Below, piece by piece: positions 9,266 to 16,689 of a DNA stretch of 64,000 nt. The notes under the pieces were generated by a model that was not told the DNA's origin, ran no database searches, and was given only the letters and a program-made list of their open reading frames with translations. Position 1 is the first letter of the stretch, and the number at the start of each line of letters is the position of its first letter. Source of the stretch: an uncultured delta proteobacterium (GTDB lineage Bacteria > Desulfobacterota > Desulfobaccia > Desulfobaccales > 0-14-0-80-60-11); the NCBI GenBank assembly GCA_963790655.1, contig CAWBPT010000013.1, positions 158,484 to 222,483 on the forward strand, written 5' to 3'. The position numbers and the translations under genes were made by a program.

Positions 9266-9291
9266 GATTAGGCAACCCGGCTTTATTTATT
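9253..9291 (+). terminator. riboswitch expression-platform terminator
   Basis: ccgggttgcc-tgggatta-ggcaacccgg is a perfect 10-bp stem followed by ctttatttatt. The 5' arm is the 3' strand of the aptamer. Confidence 0.7.
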
Positions 9292-9388
9292 GATCAACTC
9301 CGCACAGAAGGAGGTGCACAAACCGGAGACACGAATTTAGGGCAATGCTTTTTCGTGTCAAATCACTAACTTTGGAAAGGAGGGTGTT

Positions 9389-10141
9389 ATGAGAAAAGCG
9401 ACTTATCTCGCACTTGCCCTGGTGCTTTTAACCGGGTTCGGTATCAGCGGCTCTTGGGCCTACGACATTCCCGACACCACGCTGGTGCAAAAATGGTATG
9501 ATGGCAATCCAGTACTAGGCAGTAATTGGGTGGATGTGATCGGCGATGCGTCGATGTACAACACCCTGGGGGCCAATATCAGCAACGGCCATCTCATCAT
9601 CTTCAGCAACTGGGGGCCTATCAGAGAACCCCAGGATCCCGGTGCCACTGTTCCCCCGGGGGGGATATATACCGCCGATATCTTCTTCGACACCAACCGT
9701 AGTCAGGACAATGTCTTTGAGTATGCCATTCATCTGGATACCAAGGCGGGCGCGGCGGTGGGAACGGTCTATTACAATGCCGCGGGGCTGGCGTTTACCA
9801 CTTCCCAAGATCTTTTCGGAGACGTCGTACACGCATCGGCCCCCCAGCAGTACGGCGGCCGGTGGGATCAGGCTAACCCCAAGGCGGTGCCGGTTCTGAC
9901 CACCGATAACCCTATTGGCGTGGCGAGCGTCGTCTGGACTACTTTGGGGAGCTCAGACCCCCAATTCTCGGTGGACATCGATCTGACCGGTTTTCCGGAC
10001 CTGGCCAATGCGTTTTTCCTCTGGGGCACCAGCACCTGCGCCAATGACGTCTTCACCGGGACGGTCCCCCTGCCGCCCTCGGTGCTGCTCCTCGGCTCCG
10101 GCCTGTTGGGCCTGGGTATCCTCAGTCGGTGGCGTCGGTAA
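9389..10141 (+). CDS. PEP-CTERM sorting-domain secreted protein
   Basis: Signal peptide MRKATYLALALVLLTGFGISGSWA. C-terminus VPLPPSVLLLGSGLLGLGILSRWRR. RBS aaggaggg. Confidence 0.85.
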   Translation: MRKATYLALALVLLTGFGISGSWAYDIPDTTLVQKWYDGNPVLGSNWVDVIGDASMYNTLGANISNGHLIIFSNWGPIREPQDPGATVPPGGIYTADIFFDTNRSQDNVFEYAIHLDTKAGAAVGTVYYNAAGLAFTTSQDLFGDVVHASAPQQYGGRWDQANPKAVPVLTTDNPIGVASVVWTTLGSSDPQFSVDIDLTGFPDLANAFFLWGTSTCANDVFTGTVPLPPSVLLLGSGLLGLGILSRWRR

Positions 10142-10228
10142 AAGCATCAAGATCCCCCGGGCCCGTGCAAAGGTTTCCCCGGGATTATTGATACCGGTAG
10201 TAGGGGAAGGATAATGGCTCACCCCGTA

Positions 10229-10433
10229 ATACCTGTCCCTGACGGTTGAAGAAATAACCCCGGAATCTATTCTTGATGGCTTGGGACTCAAAGAGGCCAA
10301 GGAAAGGTTCGAGATGAACCTGGCGACCGCGGCGTTGAAACGCCATCGGGGAAATGTAAGTTTGGCCGCCAAGGCCCTTAAGACCAGTCGTTCCGCGATA
10401 TATAACCCCATTCAGAAATTCGGGTTAAAATAA
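10229..10433 (+). pseudogene. second copy of the sigma-54 activator HTH tail, with upstream in-frame stops
   Basis: YLSLTVEEITPESILDGLGLKEAKERFEMNLATAALKRHRGNVSLAAKALKTSRSAIYNPIQKFGLK is roughly 85-90% identical by eye to 8460-8670. It is preceded by two in-frame taa codons. Confidence 0.5.
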
Positions 10434-10998
10434 GATAAACTCGTATCTGGATGGACCTCACCTCCCCAGGCTTGACCCGACCCTACCTCGGCCGCGGCCC
10501 ATGTCGTTTTTAATGCTCCGAAAAATGACATCCTGATGTAACCCCGGGAATCGGGAGTACCGCCCAATCTCAAAACGCAGCATGCCTTAGCCATGTAGGG
10601 AAGGGCCTAAATTCCCCATTCACCCATTCTCGTGGGAAGCTTAATAGCACCAAATCTTTTAAAAGCTTAATTCCCCCTAATTCCAGGTATTCTCGATGAC
10701 CAGGTCTGATTGGCAGCCAAAAGCCAAGGATAACATCCCCAAAAGGCTGCTTGGTTATACTCCCACAGCCACTGAGGTTTAGCCAGGGAGCATCAATCGA
10801 GCAGTCCAGAGGCGCAATCTGATTCAAGCGGGACTTTTACCGAAAAGTTAATGAAACCAAGCCGAATTTTTTAGCCCGACATCAGTCTGAAAGGATGGTG
10901 AGGCCGCCCATGCATTGATCGGGGTGAGGTTGTGACCTGCCCCCCAAAAACTGATCCACATGTTAAGTTAGAGTGGTGGATCGAAGGGAGGCAGGGAG

Positions 10999-11277
10999 AT
11001 GAGTAGGAATCGTTATAAGCCTGAGCAGATCATTGGGAAGCTGCGGGAAGCAGAGGTGGCCCTGGCACAGGGGGAGACGGCGGGCCAGGTTTGCCGTACC
11101 CTGGGCATTGCTGAACAGACCTTCTATCGGTGGCGCCGGGAGTACGGTGGTTTAAAGGTAGAACAGGCCAGACGGCTCAAGGCCCTGGAGCAGGAGAATA
11201 CCCGGCTGAGACGGGCGGTGGCAGATCTCACCCTGGACAAGCTTATCCTCCAGGAGGCGGTAAGGGGAAACTTCTAA
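10999..11277 (+). CDS. IS3 family transposase OrfA (HTH + leucine zipper)
   Basis: YKPEQIIGKLREAEVALAQGETAGQVCRTLGIAEQTFYRWRREYGGLKVEQARRLKALEQENTRLRRAVADLTLDKLILQEA. Confidence 0.85.
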   Translation: MSRNRYKPEQIIGKLREAEVALAQGETAGQVCRTLGIAEQTFYRWRREYGGLKVEQARRLKALEQENTRLRRAVADLTLDKLILQEAVRGNF

Positions 11278-11560
11278 GCCCGACCCGTCGCCGGCAATGC
11301 ATCGAGCATATCCGGAAGGCTCTACCGGTGTCGGAACGCCGTGTCTGCGGGGTGCTTGGACAACCGCGTGCGACCCAGCGTTACCAAGCCACCGAGCCTG
11401 ATGACGAGGTGGGGCTGACTGCTGCCATCATTGGCTATGCCACCAGTTATGGGCGATACGGCTATCGCCGCATCTTGGCGTTCCTGCGAAGTGATGGCTG
11501 GGTGGTGAACCATAAGAGAATGGAACGAATCTGGCGACAGGAAGGGCTGAAGGTGCCTAT
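11262..11560 (+). pseudogene. IS3 family transposase OrfB, N-terminal fragment only
   Basis: Read in the -1 frame relative to OrfA: SPTRRRQCIEHIRKALPVSERRVCGVLGQPRATQRY...YGYRRILAFLRSDGWVVNHKRMERIWRQEGLKVP. The integrase core is missing. Confidence 0.7.
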
Positions 11561-11591
11561 TCCTGCATCCCATATATCCTCTGATCTTCAG

Positions 11592-11777
11592 CAACACCGT
11601 TATCTCACCGAGAAAGAAGTGGCGGCCATAACCGGCCGCGCCGTCCAAACCCTGCGCAACGATCGGCATAAAGGGCAGGGCTTTGCGTACACCAAGTTTG
11701 GAGCCAGCATCCGTTACCGCCTAGCGGACATCCTGGAAGCCATGGAAAGCCGCCGGATTGAGACGGAGGCTATATGA
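11592..11777 (+). CDS. AlpA/excisionase-like HTH DNA-binding protein; own start codon lost, fused in frame to the IS3 OrfB remnant
   Basis: RYLTEKEVAAITGRAVQTLRNDRHKGQGFAYTKFGASIRYRLADILEAMESRR is an MerR/AlpA-type phage regulatory HTH. Its stop overlaps the next ATG (ATGA). Confidence 0.6.
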   Translation, partial: QHRYLTEKEVAAITGRAVQTLRNDRHKGQGFAYTKFGASIRYRLADILEAMESRRIETEAI

Positions 11778-13774
11778 AATCACATGGCCCCTCTCCGGAA
11801 CATTGCTCGGCGGAAGCGATTAACCAACCACAGGGGAATCTCCTCCTCGCCGCGGCTCCTGGAGGCGGTGTGATGACCCCGGCCCCCTCGACCTTAACCC
11901 AGACCATCCCCGAACCGGCCCCCGGCCTTGACCGGCAAGCCCTTGCGGAAGCGGCCCTTGCTTACCTGGACGGCGGCCTGAGTATCATTCCTGTCAATGC
12001 CCGGAAAATACCGGTCCTTGAGGAATGGAAGCCCTTCCAGGAAAAGCGGGCCACCCGGGAACAAGTCAAAGAATGGCTGCGCAATCCCCAGGTGGCCGGA
12101 TTTGCTGCCGTGGGCGGGGCTGTGTCTGGCGGGCTCACCGTCCTTGACTTCGACGTGGCCGGTTTTTTCGAGCAATGGGCGGCCCTGGCGGGAGAACTGG
12201 CCAAGGAACTCCCCATCCAGAGGACCGGTGGCGGCGGGTTTCAGGTGGCTTTCCGCTCCACCCTGGATGTTGGGAACGAAAAGCTGGCTTATGCCCCCGC
12301 GGAGAATCGAGAGGGGCGGGAGATTGCCATAGAGACTAAAGGCGAGGGCGGTTATGCGGTCCTGCCTCCCTCTTTTTGCCACCTGGCAGAGAAGCGGGGC
12401 ACGCGCCACCAGCAGCCTTATCGGGTCATGCACGGGGACTTCGGCAATATCCCCACCATCTCTGAGGATCAGGCCAGACACCTCCTGAAGGTGGCCCGGG
12501 GCCTTTGCCGGGCTCCCCTATCGAAAAAGCAGATGCAGGCGGCCCCCCTATCCCCTAAGAGCAACGGCGGCGCCGGTGGGGTTATCGGCGCTTTCAACGC
12601 TGCTCACGACGTAGGGGCGCTCCTGGCCCGGCATGGGTATGAGCGCCGGGGCAGCCGTTGTCTATGTCCCGTGAGCACAACCGGACTACCAGGAGTGCAT
12701 CTCTTTGAGGATGGGCGCTGCTATTCACACCACGCCAGCGACCCCTTGAATGATGGTCATGCCCATGACGCCTTCTCTGTTTTCTGCATTTTGGCGCACG
12801 GCGGAAACGTAACGGCGGCGGTGATAGCGGCAGCGGAGAGTCTGGGTCTACCCCTCCCAGATTCCAGCATCCAAGTCTCTCAGAAAACCTTAACACTTAC
12901 CCGGAAATGGCCGGACCCGCCAGCCCAGGAAGCCTTTCATGGCCTGACCGGGGAGTTTGTGCGCCTGGTGGCCCCGCATACGGAAGCCGATGATATGGCC
13001 TTAGTTTCCCAATTTAACACCATGTTCGGAAATGTGAGCGGGCCTAATGCCTACTATCAGGTGGAACGGGACCGGCATTTCGCCAAACTGTTCTCTAATC
13101 TGGTGGGGGAGACTGCCAAAGCCCGGAAAGGGACGTCTCATGGGCAAGCCAGATACCCTTATGAGAAGATCGACCCAGACTGGGCCAGAAAAAGGATGCT
13201 GGGTGGGCTATCATCGGGCGAGGGGCTCATCTATGAAGTGCGGGACCCGATTTTCAGGCGGGAACCGGAGAAACAGAACGGCAAAGCTACGGGGAATTAC
13301 ATTGACACAGAAATTGATCCCGGCGTCGCCGACAAGCGGCTGCTGATCTATGAGCCGGAGTTTGCCGGCGTCTTGAAGGTCATGGGGCGGGACGGGAACA
13401 CCCTCTCGGACGTGATCCGCAAGGCCTGGGATAGTCCCGAACTAAGAACCCTCACAAAGAACAGCCCGGTTCATGCTACCGGGGCGCATATATCAATCAT
13501 TGGCCATATCACGGCGGACGAGTTGCGGCGATACCTGGACCGCACCGAAATGGCGAATGGCTTCGGCAACCGCTTTCAGTGGATATGCGTCAAGCGTTCC
13601 AAGCTCTTACCGCATGGTGGGCAGATTGACCGCGTGGATTTCGGCCCCTTCACACAGAAGTTGCAGGCAGCGGTCACCTTTGCCAGGGGGGCGGGGCAAA
13701 TCACCATGACTCCGGCGGCAGCTGAAATGTGGAGCGGGGGTATGAGCCGCTATCCGAGGGGAAACCAGGCTTGA
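11774..13774 (+). CDS. bifunctional primase-polymerase (Prim-Pol) fused to a DUF3987-type replicative NTPase; interrupted by a frameshift near 13737-13741
   Basis: Prim-Pol N-domain: GLSIIPVNARKIPVLEEWKPFQEKRAT...GFAAVGGAVSGGLTVLDFD...EIAIETKGEGGYAVLPPS. The distal part is DUF3987-like. The reading frame continues in 13729-14145. Confidence 0.8.
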   Translation: MKSHGPSPEHCSAEAINQPQGNLLLAAAPGGGVMTPAPSTLTQTIPEPAPGLDRQALAEAALAYLDGGLSIIPVNARKIPVLEEWKPFQEKRATREQVKEWLRNPQVAGFAAVGGAVSGGLTVLDFDVAGFFEQWAALAGELAKELPIQRTGGGGFQVAFRSTLDVGNEKLAYAPAENREGREIAIETKGEGGYAVLPPSFCHLAEKRGTRHQQPYRVMHGDFGNIPTISEDQARHLLKVARGLCRAPLSKKQMQAAPLSPKSNGGAGGVIGAFNAAHDVGALLARHGYERRGSRCLCPVSTTGLPGVHLFEDGRCYSHHASDPLNDGHAHDAFSVFCILAHGGNVTAAVIAAAESLGLPLPDSSIQVSQKTLTLTRKWPDPPAQEAFHGLTGEFVRLVAPHTEADDMALVSQFNTMFGNVSGPNAYYQVERDRHFAKLFSNLVGETAKARKGTSHGQARYPYEKIDPDWARKRMLGGLSSGEGLIYEVRDPIFRREPEKQNGKATGNYIDTEIDPGVADKRLLIYEPEFAGVLKVMGRDGNTLSDVIRKAWDSPELRTLTKNSPVHATGAHISIIGHITADELRRYLDRTEMANGFGNRFQWICVKRSKLLPHGGQIDRVDFGPFTQKLQAAVTFARGAGQITMTPAAAEMWSGGMSRYPRGNQA

Positions 13775-14145
13775 CCGGTGCACTTTTGGCACGAGGTGAG
13801 GCTCAGGTGATCCGCTTGGCGATGATCTATGCCCTGATGGATATGGCCCACCAGATTGACACGGTTCATCTTAAGGCGGCCCTCGCGTTTTGGGACTACT
13901 GCGAAGCCTCGGCCCGGTTCATCTTTGGCGATGCTTTGGGGGACCCTGTGGCCGATACCATCTTGGCGGCATTACGAAGCGCCCCCGATGGATTAAGGCA
14001 GACGGCCATTAGCGACTTATTCGGCCGACATAAAAGCGCTGACAAGATTCAGGCTGCACTTATGAAATTGCTCACGCATAAGTTAATCCGCATGGAGGCG
14101 TTGCCCACTACTGGCAGGCCCGTCACTATCTACAAGGCTATGTAA
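13729..14145 (+). CDS. C-terminal continuation of the Prim-Pol/DUF3987 protein (shifted frame)
   Basis: YEPLSEGKPGLTGALLARGEAQVIRLAMIYALMDMAHQIDTVHLKAALAFWDYCEASARFIFG is the typical DUF3987 C-terminal region. It joins the upstream ORF if one G is added to the G5 run. Confidence 0.7.
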   Translation: MERGYEPLSEGKPGLTGALLARGEAQVIRLAMIYALMDMAHQIDTVHLKAALAFWDYCEASARFIFGDALGDPVADTILAALRSAPDGLRQTAISDLFGRHKSADKIQAALMKLLTHKLIRMEALPTTGRPVTIYKAM

Positions 14146-14146
14146 T

Positions 14147-14191
14147 GCGAAATAGGCGAAATAGGCGAAATAGGCGAAATAGGCGAAAAAA
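14147..14191 (+). repeat. iteron array: 9-bp unit gcgaaatag, four perfect copies plus one variant (candidate replication origin)
   Basis: gcgaaatag gcgaaatag gcgaaatag gcgaaatag gcgaaaaaa starts immediately after the primase stop. Inverted copies ctatttcgc and tttattcgc lie at 14303-14320, and the inverted repeat accttgcg/cgcaaggt flanks an AT-rich core. Confidence 0.8.
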
Positions 14192-14347
14192 CATTTATAT
14201 CAAAAAGTTATGGCACCTTTACCTTGCGAAAAAAGATGTAAAGCGGACACTTGCCGAGATTTTTTCGCAATCTTCATCCTGTTGGAAGACGCAAGGTTAA
14301 AGCTATTTCGCTTTATTCGCTTTTTCCCACTTATATAAGGTGACGCC

Positions 14348-14759
14348 ATGAGCTACCTGGCCTTAGCGAAAAAGATTTTAAATTCTGAAGGAGAGTTACG
14401 CCAAAAGGAAACGGCCCCCCAACCGTCAGCGGAGGTGCGTTGCCGGACTGCCAAAGCGCCGAGGTGGGAAATGGATGGGCATTGTGCCGGGGGACCCCCT
14501 GGGACGACATCCCGGCCGGGTGCCAGACCATCCGCACCCTTGCCCGAACTTCACCCGCCGAGAAAAGCCAGTCAGCCCCCCGGAGCGCATCCTGTCCTGT
14601 GCGGAGTGCCCCTGGTATCAACTGAACCCCTGGACCCACTACCCGGAGTTACCGGCTTGGTGCCATTACAACATGGATCATCTATTAATCGACAACCCTC
14701 AATGCATCGGCTACCGGCGAGGGGAAGTCCCGGAGCGCCGGGAAGGAAGGAACCCATGA
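14348..14759 (+). pseudogene. Cys-rich hypothetical gene of the mobile element; coding signal is spread over three frames
   Basis: Frame 1 reads MSYLALAKKILNSEGELRQKE. Frame 2 reads CRGTPWDDIPAGCQTIRTL. Frame 3 reads CAECPWYQLNPWTHYPELPAWCHYNMDHLLIDNPQCIGYRRGEVP. No single frame is convincing over the full length. Confidence 0.3.
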
Positions 14760-15013
14760 GCGACAAAACATTATGCGAGCTTCCCAAGAACTCCCGAGAA
14801 GCTATCAGGTTTCGCCTGGGGGAGTATAAAGGCCACAAGTTTATTGATATGCGGGTATTCGCCATAGATGACGGCAAGGACCCGGCCCCCACCAAGAAAG
14901 GTCTGGCGGTGAGCCCGGCATTGTGGCCGCAGTTTCGGAAAGCCCTGGGCCAGGTAGAAGCGGCCATGATTGATGAAGGCTCGATTGACCGGGAGGACCT
15001 GGTGGAGGGGTGA
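14756..15013 (+). CDS. PC4/YdbC-like single-stranded DNA-binding protein
   Basis: MSDKTLCELPKNSREAIRFRLGEYKGHKFIDMRVFAIDDGKDPAPTKKGLAVSPALWPQFRKAL has the pattern of bacterial PC4-domain proteins (recalled from memory). Confidence 0.6.
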   Translation: MSDKTLCELPKNSREAIRFRLGEYKGHKFIDMRVFAIDDGKDPAPTKKGLAVSPALWPQFRKALGQVEAAMIDEGSIDREDLVEG

Positions 15014-15051
15014 AATAGCGCCAGGGAAGGACAGGGCCCGGGGGCAAGTTT

Positions 15052-15344
15052 ATGAGTAATTCGAGATTCTCTCCGCGAGAGATGAAATTCTTAGAACTGT
15101 ATTTCGGCGGCGCTTTAATGAAGGATGCTGCCCATGCCGCTGGTTACCGGGGGGCAAGCGACCAGGCACTCTGCAACACCGGACGGAAAATCTTGACCAA
15201 ATTCAGCAAGACCCCCTGGTCCCTTTTCCGCCAGGCGGAGCACGCGAGGCGAGGATTGCCCAGCTGCTTGTAGGTATGGCCGAAAATAACAAATCGGAGC
15301 ATCAACAATTAAAAGCGCTGAGAATTTTAGCGGCGGTGCTGTAA
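15052..15344 (+). pseudogene. terminase small-subunit-like HTH protein, disrupted by a 5-bp tandem duplication
   Basis: REMKFLELYFGGALMKDAAHAAGYRGASDQALCNTGRKILTK is a TerS N-terminal HTH pattern. Removing one gcgag (15244-15253) restores ...ARIAQLLVGMAENNKSEHQQLKALRILAAVL*. Confidence 0.55.
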
Positions 15345-15382
15345 TTCATAAACGATTAACCGTTCAGTAAAGGAGATGCGCT

Positions 15383-15697
15383 ATGAGCAGGGGTATTTCG
15401 GATCTTCAAAGAGAAATCTTGCTTCTCTGCCTGGAGAAGGGATTTCTCTTAACCCAGGATATATTGTGCTCGTGGTGGGGCTGGGAGCCAGCGGAGTGGG
15501 GGTCCAAAAAGGCTACCATTGGCGAAAGCGAGTACAATGCAGCCCACGCCTCTTTAAGCAGATCCTTAACCCGCTTGTGGGCCAAGGGCATAATAACAAT
15601 TTGGAAAACATTAACCGGGTCTGCCACGGGAGTAAGCCTTACGCCCTCGGGGGAAGCAATGGCGCACACCATTTTGGCGGAAGCGGAAGCGGAGTAG
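15383..15697 (+). CDS. hypothetical protein, possible winged-helix DNA-binding
   Basis: 104-aa ORF with RBS aaggag upstream. LQREILLLCLEKGFL...SLSRSLTRLWAKGII resembles MarR-like wHTH; this is a weak call. Confidence 0.5.
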   Translation: MSRGISDLQREILLLCLEKGFLLTQDILCSWWGWEPAEWGSKKATIGESEYNAAHASLSRSLTRLWAKGIITIWKTLTGSATGVSLTPSGEAMAHTILAEAEAE

Positions 15698-16426
15698 TCG
15701 TTATGGTTAGGTGGTCATTAAATTGCCAGAAATAGGGTTTTTAAATCGGACTGAATGTTGATTTATCTTTGAATATTGAATAAATTCATTGACTTGGTCG
15801 TTTTTAAGTTGAACAGTTTATGAGTATTTTCGGTACTCCTCCGCCTGAGATTGATGTTTTTTGCGGTTTTTTCCATCATTTCCCTGCTCTTTCTCCAAGA
15901 AAGCGAATTACCTGAAAAGCATAATTATTTCAATATTATATTCCATAATTTCAGCCCCCTTTGTCTGCGCCTGTCCCTGGGAGCTTCCGGTTAATTGATT
16001 CTGGTCAGTTTCACCGTTCTCGGCAAGTGGACCTCTTGAAAATTGTTCCGGCCATGTAATTTGTCGGCCTAAACTCCCCAAAAAGTCTTAACCATTTCCT
16101 CTTCCTCGTGGCATAATGCCCCTGGGTGAGGCCCCATGAATCCCCTGGAAACCTACCTCAAGGAACCTACCGAGAAGCAGCGCCTTTTCTTGCAAAATGG
16201 TTGCCCATACGACCCGGCCACCTGGCTGGCTGTATAACTGTGATCACCCAATACCTGGAGTAGCACCTTTCTCCCTCCATACCCCAGTCCCTCCCTCCTT
16301 AGGTCATGGTCTTTTTGGGCACCGATCTTTTCGCAAAATCATTGACCTATTGTTGCAAATAGCAATATGATGAAAAACAGCTAACCTGACTGTGAGTTCT
16401 TGAAATCAGGCCGTTGGCAGGAAGCC

Positions 16427-16564
16427 ATGGGCCTGAGTGAGGCCGATACCAGAGCCAAACTGATTGATCCCGCCCTTCATGCCCGGGGGTGGACCCAGGG
16501 TCTCATCCGGCAGGAGGAAACCGCCGGGGCCATCGAGATGAAAGCAAGCCCCGGAAGCAATTGA
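16427..16564 (+). pseudogene. fragment of a restriction-enzyme N-terminal (HsdR_N/Mrr-like) domain
   Basis: MGLSEADTRAKLIDPALHARGWTQGLIRQEETAGAIE is the canonical start of type I/III restriction R subunits. A further piece, ITMALIEAKLP, is in another frame at about 16620-16655. Confidence 0.6.
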
Positions 16565-16689
16565 AGGCCGGTTCAATTACAATTTAACTGCCCGGGTAAT
16601 CCCAAAACGCAGCCCATCACTATGGCCCTCATCGAGGCCAAGCTGCCAGCCACGTTGCTCTGAATTTTAACGCAAAAGAGAACCATCTC

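Larger units (their letters stand above)
10933..11560 (+). mobile_element. IS3-family insertion sequence, 3'-truncated (no DDE catalytic region, no right end)
   Basis: Left end tgacctgccccccaaaaactgatccac is of the IS3/IS911 type (TGA...AAAAACTG). OrfA is intact. OrfB stops after ...MERIWRQEGLKVP, where the sequence changes to an unrelated HTH gene. Confidence 0.75.

Noticed and set aside
10570-10932. 85-aa minus ORF and surrounding sequence as a possible integrase or group II intron remnant marking the island's left border
   Set aside because: I recognise no integrase, reverse transcriptase or domain V-like motif, and I found no copy of the tRNA-Asp 3' end by eye. It is left unassigned.
14147-14191. 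CRISPR array
   Set aside because: The repeats are 9 bp, directly abutting and have no spacers. No cas genes and no 25-40-bp repeat/spacer periodicity occur anywhere in the window. I interpret them as iterons.
14208-14228. Sigma-54-like boxes tggcacctttaccttgcg (14213) and tggcactgcgtcactgct (about 6744), and tggcacggccatcacggc (about 34702)
   Set aside because: The GG-to-GC spacing is 12 nt instead of 10 in the first two, and the -12 GC is absent in the third.
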